DNA of 64,000 nt, from assembly GCA_963843585.1 (NCBI GenBank), contig CAWJLJ010000003.1:107075-171074 (forward strand), given 5' to 3'. This stretch comes from an uncultured Acidobacteriota bacterium (GTDB lineage: Bacteria; Actinomycetota; Acidimicrobiia; Spongiisociales; ZC4RG35). This document shows, in pieces, positions 1 to 10,002 of the stretch; position 1 is the stretch's first letter, and each line of letters starts with the position of its first letter. Under the pieces are notes generated by a model. It made no database searches. It saw only the letters and a list, made by a program, of their open reading frames with translations, and was not told the DNA's origin. Made by a program: the position numbers and the translations under genes.

Positions 1-136
1 CGACCATTCGACCGGCGCTGGGTACGACGGGCTCGAACCAGCCGGGGTCAACCTGAATCGAGGCGCCGAGTCCACGCTCTCCGCCCTCGGCGCCCTCCAG
101 GCCGGGCACAGCCTCGTCAGGGCACCTGTGGGGTGA
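1..136 (+). CDS. 3' end of an upstream CDS (partial, function unknown)
   Basis: An open frame enters from the window edge (..GVNLNRGAESTLSALGALQAGHSLVRAPVG*). Its TGA at 134-136 overlaps the GTG start of the next gene (GTGA). Too short to assign a family. Confidence 0.3.
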   Translation, partial: DHSTGAGYDGLEPAGVNLNRGAESTLSALGALQAGHSLVRAPVG

Positions 137-1206
137 GCCTCCGCATCGGGATGATCGCCCCGATCAGCCATTCCTATCCACCATCCGGCTACGGCCCTTG
201 GGAGAGGGTCGCACACGATCTCACGGAGCAACTCGTGGCGATGGGCCACGACGTGACACTGTTCGCGGCGGCCGGGTCGGCAACTTCGGCGCGACTGATC
301 GAGACCATCGGTGCCCCGCTCGACTCGAGCGGGGCTGATCCACGTCTGGAGGAGGAGCGTCATCTCTCGGTTGCGATGGAAGCCTCCCGGAACGGGACGT
401 TCGATGTCATCCATTCACATCTCCACGTCCACGCATTGGTGTTCAGTCGTCTGATCGCCACCCCGATCGTCACGACCCTGCACGGGGTGGCTTGGGACCC
501 GGCCACTCATCCTCTGCTGTTGCAATATTCCGAGATGCCCTTTGTGTCGCTCAGTCAGAGCGAGCGTGCGTTCCTGCCCGAGCTCAACTACGTCGCGACC
601 ATCCCCAATGGCATACGGACGAGTGAGATCCCGGTCGGCGGTGGCGACGGTGGATATCTGGTCGTTCGTCGGGCCGCATGGCTCCCGAAAAGGCACCCGA
701 CCTCGCCATCGAGACAGCGCGTTCCGCCGGGCTTCCGCTTCGTCTGGCCGGGATTGTCGAGGATCGGCACCGTGACTTCTTCGAGACGAAGGTGTTGGCG
801 GCCCGCTCGAGAGATGTCGAGTACCTGGGGCCACTGGACCGAGAGGACCTCTGGAGGCTCCTTGGCAGGGCGCTTGCGACTGGTGATGCCGCTCCGCTGG
901 CACGAGCCGTTCGGGCTGGTCGCGGTGGAAAGTCTGGCCACTGGCACACCGGTTATCGCGTGGCGAATGGGTGCGCTCCCCGAGGTCATCGATGACGGAG
1001 TCTCTGGCTTCCTGGTCGAGGATGTCGCAGGGGCGGTTGGCTCGGTCGAGCGCGTAGGCGAACTGGATCGCACTGTCTGCCGAACCATTGCCGAAGCTCG
1101 GTTCGCCGACTCTGTCATGGCTGCCGCCTATTCGGATGTGTATAGGCGACTGTCGGCTACGACATCTGTGAGAGGACCTGCTCGACAGGCACCGTTGCCA
1201 CCCTGA
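133..1206 (+). CDS. glycosyltransferase family 4 (GT-B), with internal compensated frame disruption
   Basis: The N-terminus (MSLRIGMIAPISHSYPPSGYGPWERV) and the C-terminal EPFGLVAVESLATGTPVIAWRMGALPEVIDDGVSGFLVED are GT4 hallmarks. Between about 660 and 890 the conserved block (FVGRMAPEKAPDLAIETARSAGLPLRLAGIV..EYLGPL) lies in other frames (ORF 678..995). This implies three 1-nt indels that net to zero. Confidence 0.8.
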   Translation: MSLRIGMIAPISHSYPPSGYGPWERVAHDLTEQLVAMGHDVTLFAAAGSATSARLIETIGAPLDSSGADPRLEEERHLSVAMEASRNGTFDVIHSHLHVHALVFSRLIATPIVTTLHGVAWDPATHPLLLQYSEMPFVSLSQSERAFLPELNYVATIPNGIRTSEIPVGGGDGGYLVVRRAAWLPKRHPTSPSRQRVPPGFRFVWPGLSRIGTVTSSRRRCWRPAREMSSTWGHWTERTSGGSLAGRLRLVMPLRWHEPFGLVAVESLATGTPVIAWRMGALPEVIDDGVSGFLVEDVAGAVGSVERVGELDRTVCRTIAEARFADSVMAAAYSDVYRRLSATTSVRGPARQAPLPP

Positions 1207-2617
1207 TCCCGTAGTCGGCGTAGCCATAGGGCAGGATCAGATGATCGTCATGGATCATGCTCCCGCACGAGTAGACGACGTCGGGGACGTATCCGAACGA
1301 CTCATCCTCCAGCGGCTCGAGAAGCGGGGAGGTGAGCCGACCGAGGACCTTCGTCGGCTCGTCGAGATCGAGCAGGACCGCGCCGAGCACGTAACGACGC
1401 ATCGGCCCGACGCCGTGGGTGATGAGAAGCCACCCGGCCTCGGTCTCGAGCGGTGAACCGCAATTCCCGGTCTGAATCGCCTCCCAGCCCTGCTCGGGGA
1501 CGAGCACGGCCTCGGCATTGCCCCAATGGCGGATGTTGTCGCTTCGCATGACGAAGGTCGTCTCCTGATCGTGCCGGGAAACCGCGGCGAACTCACCCCT
1601 GATCTTCCTCGGGAACAGTGCGAGCCCTTTGTGATAGGCGGTTGGCCCGCTCATCGTCGTCATCCGGAAATGATGGAAGTCCTTGGTCTTGATCATCTGG
1701 GGCAGGATCCGCATCCCGTCGTAGGCGGTGTAGGTGGCGTAGTAGGTGACCTCACCGTCGTCATCGATGAAGCGCACGAACCTGGCGTCCTCCATCCCGT
1801 GGCTCTCGGCAGGCGCCGCAGGCGAGATCAGATGCTCGGATAGGGGTAAGCGCGGAGTCAAAGATCACCTCGTAGCTCGACGCCGACAGCCAATGGACCA
1901 TCCTGACCGTGTCAGCGAGCAGGATCGGGTCGAGATCGATGTCCTCGGCAGTGGGCAACGCGGAGTAGAGGTCTCGCTGGTGTGAACTCCTCGGGCAAGA
2001 CCGACAGGATTCGCTCCGATACCTCGTTGGCGAAACCCAGCTCTGCCAGCTTGAGGGTGAAGGAGAGACGCTGGTACAGAGGCTCCTTGCGCTCACCGTT
2101 GTCGGCAAAGGGAGAGCGATCATCGAAGACAAGGCTCCCCGCCCGGCCCGCGGTTCCGGTGATGAAGGCGACCGAGGAGATATGCCCTTCACCGATCGCC
2201 GCGTGCACTCATCACGAAAGGCTGCGATCCCCCCGCTCGCTTCGCCGAGCGGGACGATCGACGGGTTGGCTAGCGCGGCGCCCTCGTACGCATAGGCAAG
2301 CGTGAGGTAGGCCCCGATCAGGAGCCGGACATCGGGATCGGTCACCTTCTTGAGATCGTGGCGCCCGCTCACACGCCATGCCGAAATGCTGTATCCAGGT
2401 CGACCGGATGTCTCGATGACGACCAGCGGACCGGTTCAGCGTGTCGGCGAGCAATCGGCTCTGAACCTCAGGAGCCAGGTCGAGGACTCGATCGACGATC
2501 AGCTCGAGTCTGCGGCTGTCGCCTCCGAATGCGGCCGCCCCAGGCAGAAAAGGCCTGGCCGACGAGCCGCCGCGGATCGGGACGTAGCGTCTGCTCGCTT
2601 CGCTCCAAGTCGATCAT
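1157..2617 (-). pseudogene. GH130-type glycosidase/phosphorylase-like protein (PH1107-related), frame broken about 5 times
   Basis: The C-terminal 234 aa are intact in ORF 1157..1861 (DARFVRF, YYATYTAYDG, GNCGSP, GWLLITHGVG, LGAVLLDLDEP, VVYSCG). The N-terminal half can only be followed by hopping between ORFs 1761..2372, 1912..2208, 2212..2454 and a further frame up to ATG 2617 (MIDLERSEQTLRPDPRRLVGQAF). Confidence 0.7.
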
Positions 2618-2660
2618 TTACAGCCTTCATTCTCGCCGACTCCGGCTGCTTTTCCAGGGA

Positions 2661-3824
2661 TCAGTTGGAGACAGTCAGCTGACCTGGGACGAGACTTCGG
2701 ATGAACTCGGCGTAGCGAACGGCGCCTGAGGTCCACGAGAGCTCGGAGCCCTTGGCTGCGGCCGATCTCGCCGCACGGTCGTAGACCTCGGGCGACTCCA
2801 CCAACGCTCCTCACGCCGTCGGCCAGGGCCGCGCTGTCGTGAGTCGACGACGATGCCTGAACCGGACGCGACCAGCTCCTCGGCGTGGGGGAATCGGGTC
2901 GCGACCACCGGTCTGCCGGCGGCGATGGCGTCGGTGACGACACCTGATGTCACCTGGTCGGTGTTGTCGTACGGGATCACGACGACGTGTGACTTCCGTA
3001 CCATCTCGTACAACTCGTCGTCGGCGACGTAGCGGTCGACGAATTCGACCATGTCATCGATGCCCAGGTCTCTCACCATGCTCTCGATACGTCGTCTATA
3101 GGCGACGCCCTGGTTCCGGGCGACCACGGGATGAGTCCGGCCCACGATCGTGTATTGGGGACTGGGATCGAGGTCGCGCAACTCGACCATCGCCTCGAGG
3201 GATCGCTCCAAACCCTTGCCGGGGCCGAGAAGGCCCCAGGTGATCAAGACGCCGGGCCGGGCCGCGGGTGGCGGTGTCGCCGACCACTGCGAACCGTGGG
3301 GTATCACCACGACTTCGCTTCTCGGGATCGAGTGCGAGGAGACGAGAGCAGACCGGGACGACTCGGAGAGCACGACCAGTCGGGACGTCTCATGAAGACG
3401 GTCCATGATCCGACGCTGGCGATCGCTCGGGAGGACCGACGACGGTGTGGACGACCGTGATCAGCGGCCGGTCGATGGAATCGACCAGCTCAAGGACCGA
3501 CTCCCCGTCGTTATCGCCGAAGATCCCGTACTCGTGCTGGAGGATGACGACATCGCAGCGGTCGAGATGACGGGCGGCGGCCCGGATGCTGACCGAGCTG
3601 TTCGGGTCGATCTCCATTCCGACCTGCCCCAGGGCCGAGGTTGGAGGGCGCCCGTCGATGAGACGCACCAGATCCACGTCGATGTCCGGGGCAACTTCGC
3701 CGAGCGACGAGACGAGAGCCGAAGAGAACCTGGCGATGCCGCACCGTGTAGGCGGGAACGTGGAGACAATGCCGACACGAGGACCTTTCGGGTCCCGGGC
3801 CGGGCGATGAACTGTGTCGAACAT
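2661..3824 (-). CDS. glycosyltransferase family 4, frameshifted (about 3 sites)
   Basis: N-terminus is in ORF 3390..3995 (PRVGIVSTFPPTRCGIARFSSALV), the core in ORF 2675..3406 (VVVIPHG, PQYTIVGRTHP, VVIPYDNTDQVTSGVVTDAIAAGRPVVATRFPHAEEL). The C-terminus is split over two more frames (HDSAALADGVRS, then LVESPEVYDRAARSAAAKGSELSWTSGAVRYAEFIRSLVPGQLTVSN*). Confidence 0.8.
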
Positions 3825-3828
3825 GAAC

Positions 3829-3866
3829 TGAAATGCCGTTTCGTTTGAAATGATTGAAGTGAAATG
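3829..3866. promoter_or_regulatory. three TGAAATG direct repeats in an AT-rich divergent promoter region
   Basis: TGAAATG occurs at 3829-3835, 3846-3852 and 3860-3866. They lie in the 132-nt gap between the GT4 start (3824, minus) and the LLM oxidoreductase start (3957, plus). This gap is by far the most AT-rich stretch in the window. Confidence 0.4.
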
Positions 3867-3956
3867 AAGTCGTCTCATTACCCGTTTGCGGCAACCCTCA
3901 AAAACAGACCGCGGGGTCAGGTTTTCTGCGACCGGGGCCGGGGGTAAAGCTGGCTC

Positions 3957-4918
3957 ATGGTCGAGCATGGATTGACCCTCTCCAGCGAGGAGCACTCACC
4001 GAGCAAGCTGGTCGAGATCGCGGTCGCTGCCGAAGAGGCGGGATTCGATTTCGTTTCGATCTCGGATCATTTCCACCCGTGGATCAGCGAGCAGGGGCAC
4101 AGTCCGTTTGTCTGGTCGGTGCTCGGAGCCCTGTCGCAAGCAACCTCGGAATTGAAGGTTGGCGTCGGAGTGACATGCCCCACCGTTCGCATGCACCCGG
4201 CGATCAGTGCCCATGCCGCCGCCACCGCGGCGTGTCTCCTCGAGGGCCGGTTCACCTGGGGGGTGGGCACCGGCGAGGCCCTCAACGAGCACGTGCTCGG
4301 GGATCGCATGGCCACCGGCGGACATCCGTCTCGAGTTGCTCGAGGAGGCCGTCGAGATCATCCGGGGGCTATGGAAAGGCGAGAGCTTCACCCATCGCGG
4401 GCGTCACTACACGGTGGAGGATGCTCGCATCTTCGACATCCCTGAAGAGTTGCCACCGATCGTGATATCGGCCTTTGGGGACGACGCGGTGGAGCTGGCG
4501 GCACGCATCGGAGACGGGCTCTGGATCACCGGTCTCGAAGAAGAGGTGATCGAGAAGTATCGCGACCAAGGAGGGAAGGGCCCGGTGTGGAGCCAACTTT
4601 CCCTCTGCTGGGATCCCGACCGGGAGAAGGCGGTGGACAGGGCATATCGGGTCTGGCCCAACACCGCCCTGACCGGCCAGCTGGCGCAAGACCTGCGGAC
4701 GGTTGAGTCACATGGAACAGGCCGTTCAGATGGTGGACCGCTCCGACATCGAAGAGGCGCTCCCCTGTGGGCCGGACGCAGGCCCCATCATCGAGTCGAT
4801 CGAGAAGGCAGCAGAGATGGGGATCGACCACATCTATCTCCACCAGATCGGCGACCCCCTCGACGGGTTCATCGACTTCTGGCGAGACGAGATACGGCCC
4901 AAGATCGAAGGGCTCTGA
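3957..4918 (+). CDS. LLM-class F420-dependent oxidoreductase (luciferase-like), 2 apparent frameshifts
   Basis: MVEHGLTLSSEEHSPSKLVEIAVAAEEAGFDFVSISDHFHPW..GVGTGEALNEHVLGD continues in ORF 4207..4959 (WPPADIRLELLEEAVEIIRGLWKGESFTHRGRHY) and then in ORF 4703..4918 (SHMEQAVQMVDRSDIEEALPCGPD..IDHIYLHQIG). Shifts are near 4307 and 4700. Confidence 0.8.
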
Positions 4919-4944
4919 TGGAGCCCTCGATCTCGGGCCCAAAT

Positions 4945-4970
4945 CAGGCGGACCCCTGAGGGTCCGCCTG
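4945..4970. terminator. GC-rich hairpin between convergent genes (bidirectional terminator candidate)
   Basis: CAGGCGGACCC-CTGA-GGGTCCGCCTG forms an 11-bp perfect stem with a 4-nt loop. It lies between the LLM stop (4918) and the BON stop (4983). There is no T-tract, as is usual in high-GC actinobacteria. Confidence 0.6.
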
Positions 4971-4982
4971 CAACTTGGCCGG

Positions 4983-5426
4983 CTAGCTCCGCTGCGGGAC
5001 GCTCAACTGATCGTTGATCGAGGCCACACCGGGGACACCCTTGACCAATCTGGATCAGGCCGATCCACGTTCTCGACGTCGATGTTGCCCTTGAGCGTGA
5101 CCACGCCGTTGTCGACGTCGACTTCTACGTCGTTCTTCGGTCCGTCCCATCGCCCGATCGCCTCGCTCTTCACCTTCTGGCGGAGCGTCTCGTCGTCGAA
5201 CTCGCGGCTCGGGGCGGAAAGGCTCGGTCAGATCGTGGGCAAGACCCTGCACCACGCCCTTTTGGTACTCCGCCTGGGCCCGAGTCTTCTCCTCGGCCTT
5301 CCGCGCCAGTGCGGCGGCCTGGTCAGACAACTTCGCCCTACGCGAGCGACCGCGATCAGGGTCGAGAAGATACATGGCGGCAGCGGCCGCGGCTCCGACC
5401 CCAACAATGCGCACAAACTTGCTCAT
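4983..5426 (-). CDS. BON domain-containing small protein, 2 apparent frameshifts
   Basis: The start has a GGAGGG RBS and reads MSKFVRIVGVGAAAAAAMYLLDPDRGRSRRAKL. The BON part (VDVDNGVVTLKGNIDVENV.. then RLVKGVPGVASINDQLSVPQRS*) is recovered only by switching frames. Total length is a multiple of 3, so the shifts compensate. Confidence 0.65.
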
Positions 5427-5500
5427 TCGTCCCTCCGTGACTGGGTTATGTCTGTTGATTACCCGCGCCCGAATCCCGCAAAACGACTCGGGACACTGAA

Positions 5501-7141
5501 TTGAGCACTCCACGCCAGGACCTGGGCGAGGCCTTGTGGCGACTGTCCGACCTGGTGCGGGCGGACGAGCGGAGACGGTCGTTCCGCGCCAAGGCCTACC
5601 GCAGGGCGGTGTGGTCCTTGGATGATCTGGCGCCCGATCTGTCCGACCCATCGGAGAGGGCACTGTCTATCCCCGGAATCGGGACAGGTGTGTTGCGGCT
5701 CATCGAGGAGTTCCGGGAAAATGGGACACTCGAGCTCCTCGAACGGCTCGAGCAGCTCTACCCCGCCGAGTCGGCCAGGATCAGACGTCTGCCCCGAATG
5801 ACGCCGGCAATCCTGCGCGCTCTCAAGGGCGAGCTCGGGATCGACACTACCGCCGATCTGATCGCAGCCATCGAGGCGGGAGGCGTCGAGGCCCTGAGGG
5901 GCGTCGGTCCTGCTACCGCAGAGCGATGGGCGGCGACGCTCCAACTGGCGCCCTCGACGGCGTCGATCCCGTCATTTCAGGCCTATGTGCTGGCGGACGC
6001 CCTCGGCAAGCATCTGATCCGTCATCTCGGTGGGACCGTCCATGCGGCCGGAGCCGTTCGGCGTGGAGAGGAGTGGGTAGAGACCGTCGATCTCGTCTCC
6101 GGGATCGACGACGTCGGCGCCGGGCGCGAATTCCTCGAAGGCACCGCGGTTGCCCGGTTTGTCGGTGATGGGCCTTCAGGGGAGATCGTGCTCCAGACCT
6201 ACGAAGACGTGGAGGCCAGCGTTCACCTGGTCCCGCCCTCCCACCTGGGACGGCGATTGCTCGAGGTGACAGGACCCGATCGGCATGCCCGCCCGCTTCT
6301 GGCAGACATCGACGCGGACGGGCTCTCCGAATCCGAGATCTACGAGCGGAATGGTCGCCTGTGGGTCCCGCCGCCGGCCCGAGCCCTCGATCCTGAGATT
6401 GCGGAGAGCGTCATACGGAACGGCCAGATCAAAGGCGACCTCCATCTGCACACCGACCTCTCCCCCGACGGGCGAATGAGCCTCTTCGAGATCGCGGCTG
6501 AGGCGACGGATCGCGAGTACGAGTACATCCTGATCACCGACCACACGACTGGCCTGCGGTTCGGAGGGCTCGACAGCGCCGGCCTGGACCGTCAGCGTGT
6601 GATGATCGAGGAGGCCAGAGCAGGATTCCCCGACCTGCTCGTGCTCCAAGGAGCAGAGTTGAACATCGATCGGGACGGCAGCCTCGACATCGACGACGAA
6701 GCACTGAGCCGGCTCGACTTCGCCGTTGCGGGTGTGCATTCGCATTTCGACCTCGATCGATTCGAGCAGACGGCCCGGGTGTTGAAGGCCCTCAGCCACC
6801 CCGTGGTCCGGGTCCTGGCCCATCCCACCGGCCGTCGGATCGGCAACCGACCTGCCATCGACCTCGACATCGACGCCGTTGTCGCCGCAGCCATCGAGAA
6901 CCACGTGGCCCTGGAAGTCAACGGACATCGGGATCGTCTCGACCTCTCCGCCGAGTACGCCGCGCTCGCCGTTGCCGCAGGAGCGGTCCTGGCAGCCAAC
7001 TCAGACTCGCATCGGATCGGCGAGATGGGCAACGTCGCAAACTCGGTGGCAACCATGCAGCGCGCCGGCATCGCCCCCTCGTCGGTGGTGAACACGATGT
7101 CCGTCGAGGCTTTCCGGGAATGGGCCGGCGTTATCGGTTGA
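5501..7141 (+). CDS. DNA polymerase X family protein with C-terminal PHP domain
   Basis: Intact 546-aa ORF with a TTG start. It has helix-hairpin-helix regions (SIPGIGTGV, LRGVGPATAE), a GAVRRGEE nucleotidyltransferase-like motif, and a PHP domain (GDLHLHTDLSPDG, ILITDHT, GVHSHF). Confidence 0.85.
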   Translation: MSTPRQDLGEALWRLSDLVRADERRRSFRAKAYRRAVWSLDDLAPDLSDPSERALSIPGIGTGVLRLIEEFRENGTLELLERLEQLYPAESARIRRLPRMTPAILRALKGELGIDTTADLIAAIEAGGVEALRGVGPATAERWAATLQLAPSTASIPSFQAYVLADALGKHLIRHLGGTVHAAGAVRRGEEWVETVDLVSGIDDVGAGREFLEGTAVARFVGDGPSGEIVLQTYEDVEASVHLVPPSHLGRRLLEVTGPDRHARPLLADIDADGLSESEIYERNGRLWVPPPARALDPEIAESVIRNGQIKGDLHLHTDLSPDGRMSLFEIAAEATDREYEYILITDHTTGLRFGGLDSAGLDRQRVMIEEARAGFPDLLVLQGAELNIDRDGSLDIDDEALSRLDFAVAGVHSHFDLDRFEQTARVLKALSHPVVRVLAHPTGRRIGNRPAIDLDIDAVVAAAIENHVALEVNGHRDRLDLSAEYAALAVAAGAVLAANSDSHRIGEMGNVANSVATMQRAGIAPSSVVNTMSVEAFREWAGVIG

Positions 7142-7162
7142 GCGGATGCCGAATAAGAGGGA

Positions 7163-7190
7163 GGCCCAATCGCCCTCGGTCGATTGGGCC
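7163..7190. terminator. hairpin between convergent PolX and ArsR genes
   Basis: GGCCCAATCG-CCCTCGGT-CGATTGGGCC forms a 10-bp perfect stem. Confidence 0.55.
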
Positions 7191-7274
7191 CCGCTCAAAG
7201 CCGACTCCAGAGCCGCGGAGCTGGCCCGGTGCCGTGACGGACTTGTACCCGCCGCGGCAGAGCGCGAAACGGGC

Positions 7275-7916
7275 TCAGGCTTCGGGGCGGACCCTCACAC
7301 AGCAGTACGTCTCGGATGGCTCGAGATAGGCCTTGCGCCCGTCGCCGGAGGCCTCGAGCATCCCTTCCACGAGGCCAAGGTTCAGGTTGCACACCGTGCG
7401 CTGGTCCTGGGTCTTGAGGACGTGGAAGGGGCAATTCCGGAACCGGATCTCCCCCTCCTCCATGACCGGGTCGTAGCCGGTCTCACGCAGTGCCTGATCC
7501 AGACCCACCTCTCCCAGCTCGGCACCGATCCGGTGGGCTGCTGCAGCAAGGTCCTTTCGCTTGATCGCTCCCGTCGAGACCACCTCGAGGAGGATTCGAG
7601 CGGCAAGCCCGTACCGGCGGGGGGGCAAGGACACCTCGTGATCACGGTCTGTTCTCTTGTAGAGCTTGGCCGGCCGACCGGCGCCGGGGCCTGTCCGACC
7701 GCTGCGTCGGAGGAACTCGACATCGACGAGACCCTCCTCGGCCAGTCGGTCCAGGTGATAAGCCGCTGTCTGGCGCGGAATCCCGAGGGCGTCGGCAGCC
7801 TCGTCCCGCCCGACGGGCTCGTTGGACCTCGAGACGAAGACGTAGAGCCGGCGGCGGGTCGGGTCACTCAGTGAGCCGATGGCGCCGAGATCGGCATCGA
7901 GATGGTTTTCGTCCAC
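7275..7916 (-). CDS. ArsR-type winged-helix transcriptional regulator with Cys-rich C-terminal domain
   Basis: Intact 213 aa. The wHTH reads SDPTRRRLYVFVSRSNEPVGRDEAADALGIPRQTAAYHLDRLAEEGLV. The C-terminus carries NCPFH, VCNLNLG and YCCV motifs. Confidence 0.8.
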   Translation of the reverse strand: MDENHLDADLGAIGSLSDPTRRRLYVFVSRSNEPVGRDEAADALGIPRQTAAYHLDRLAEEGLVDVEFLRRSGRTGPGAGRPAKLYKRTDRDHEVSLPPRRYGLAARILLEVVSTGAIKRKDLAAAAHRIGAELGEVGLDQALRETGYDPVMEEGEIRFRNCPFHVLKTQDQRTVCNLNLGLVEGMLEASGDGRKAYLEPSETYCCVRVRPEA

Positions 7917-7941
7917 GGAGTCACTCTAAAACGCGACTTGG

Positions 7942-7983
7942 TTGACACTAGATTCCCGAGATGTAAAAATGGTTTTGACCATT
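7942..7983 (+). promoter_or_regulatory. sigma70-like promoter plus 6-4-6 palindromic operator candidate
   Basis: TTGACA (7942-7947), a 16-nt spacer, then TAAAAAT (7964-7970). This overlaps the palindrome AATGGT-TTTG-ACCATT (7968-7983). AGGAGG and ATG 8004 follow. Confidence 0.5.
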
Positions 7984-8003
7984 CTTAGAAGGAGGTCCCG
8001 GAC

Positions 8004-8402
8004 ATGACGACAGCCACCACCACTGCTCCCCAGACGACGATGGTCACAGAGTCGAAGCGCGCCTATCAGATCCTCCACCTCGGATACACCGTTGCGCCGA
8101 TCCTCTTCGGACTGGACAAGTTCTTCAATGTCATGACCGATTGGGTCGAATTCCTGCCCACATTCGTCACCGATGCCGTGAGCGGGTCGGTGGTCATGGG
8201 CATCGTCGGCGTCATCGAGATCGCGGCCGGGATCGGGGTCTGGCTTCGGCCCAAGATCTTCGCGCCCGTCGTCGCCGCCTGGCTCGGGCTGATCATCATC
8301 ACCCTGATCCTGGCCGGTGGCTTCTGGGACATCGCCCTGCGCGACTTCGGCCTGCTCCTCGGAGCCCTCGCCCTGTGGCGTCTGGCCCGGGCCCACGCCT
8401 GA
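8004..8402 (+). CDS. small integral membrane protein (DoxX-like, uncertain)
   Basis: Intact 132 aa with 3-4 hydrophobic helices and a strong AGGAGG RBS. Divergent from the ArsR regulator. Confidence 0.65.
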   Translation: MTTATTTAPQTTMVTESKRAYQILHLGYTVAPILFGLDKFFNVMTDWVEFLPTFVTDAVSGSVVMGIVGVIEIAAGIGVWLRPKIFAPVVAAWLGLIIITLILAGGFWDIALRDFGLLLGALALWRLARAHA

Positions 8403-8420
8403 CCAACCGGCTTGGCGCTT

Positions 8421-9990
8421 CTACCGCAGCGCTCGCATGAAGCCGTCCCGGGAACCGAGATAGATGGTGTCCTCCCACACCACCGGGGTGGCTTCGAGAC
8501 AGGCCTCGCCCAGACTCAATGACCAGTCCATGACCGGAGCCCGGGGGTCGGCCAGCGAGTAGGCCCGCACGTCACCGAGACAGGTGGCGGTGACGAGGGT
8601 GTCGTCGACGATGGCCGGGGAAGACCAGGAGTGGAAGCCCACCTCGTCCTGCCAGAGCAGTGTCCCGTCGGCGGCATCGACCGCGATCAGCGACCCTTGA
8701 TGCGTGTTGACATAGACGACCCCGTTGCGCACCGCGGGTGTCGACCAGGAGCCCGCGTCCGATGAACCCGCGGTGAGGTCGAGGCCCCACACCCTTGGGT
8801 CACCGTCGGAGTAGGGGTTGAGCTTGATCAACTGTCCCACAGCCAGGTTCCGCTCGATCTCGGTCGCGCTCATCTGCGACGGCTCGTGCTCGATGGAGAC
8901 ATAGATCATCCCCTCGGCGTCGGCGACCATCGTGGCGTCGATGTCGCCACCGGCGTAGTAGTCGAACACGATCGGCGCATTCCCGTTGCGGACGTCAGAT
9001 ACGTCCATCCCCACGATCCGGCCGCCGGAGTTGGAGAAATAGACCCTCTCATCGAAGACGAGGACCGAACTCTCGATCGAGACGTTGCGCCCTGAGTTGG
9101 CGAGAAGCGCTTCGTTGTAGCCGGGCTCCTGGACCAGCTTGACCGGATCGACGACAACGTTGCCCTCGGCGTCGTAACCCCGATTGAGCTGGATGGCGAA
9201 GAACCAACCATTCTCACCGCCCTCGTACATGATGTCGTCGACGATGGCGGGGTTCGAGTCCCAGTCGTCGTTCCAGATCCCATTCACCTCATTTGCGTCC
9301 ATCGACCAGAGCACGGTCGGCTCCTCGCGGTCCAGGGCCAGTATCCGCAGCTGGTTGTCCCTCGAGCCGAAGTACAGGAGGGGGAATCCGTCCGGGTCGA
9401 GGCTGACCGAGCCCTTGATGATGTCGCCGGTCTGAAACTCGGGTCGAAGGTCTTGCCCGGTCGCGGCATCGACGAAATGCACGGCAGAGTCGTAGGCGCC
9501 GAAGATCAGCTCCGTCACGCCGTCGGGACGCTCCCATACCGCGGGTTGGCCGGTCCAACCCATCCCGCACCAGATCCTGGATACACCACCCTCCGAGGAT
9601 GGACTGCACATCTGCTCGTCGGGATAGCGCCAAGCCACCGTCGGATTATCGGGCACCGGGCCCGACCCGTAGAAGGTCCTGGTCGGGTTGCCCCTGAACA
9701 TGGTCATGCCAACCGTTGTCCCCCACGGTCGACCGACGGTGAACCCGGGAACCGTCCCCGGCTCCCGATCCTGCGGAGGCGCCGTGGTGGTAGTGGTCGG
9801 TGGCAGGGTGGTTGCCGGCTGGGTGGGATCCGAGCCGGTCGGCGGCTACAGCTGTGCTGCTCGGAAATGTCGCTACCCCGGCAATCGAGGTCGTCGAAGG
9901 GTCATCGCCGCGAGTCACGAAGTACACCGCCAGCCCGAGGACGAATCCGGCGGCGACGATCATGATCACGCGGCCGGCTCTCTCGTTCAC
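8421..9990 (-). CDS. membrane-anchored PQQ-like/BamB-like beta-propeller repeat protein (1 frameshift in linker)
   Basis: The 428-aa ORF 8421..9707 has repeated propeller blades (..YFGSRDNQL, VYFSNSGGRIVGMD, VVYVNTHQGSLIAVDAADGTLLW, IYLGSRDGFMRAL). An upstream GTG at 9990 with an AGGAGGA RBS encodes a TM anchor (RVIMIVAAGFVLGLAVYFV) and a Thr/Pro linker. That linker joins the main frame only after a 1-nt shift near 9810. Confidence 0.75.
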
Positions 9991-10002
9991 TGCCTCATCC
10001 TC

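Noticed and set aside
2455-2480. Another copy of the GAACCTNAGG motif (GGCTCTGAACCTCAGGAGCC)
   Set aside because: It lies inside the reconstructed GH130-like coding sequence (..LAPEVQSRLLADTL..) and lacks the rest of the element. It is most likely chance.
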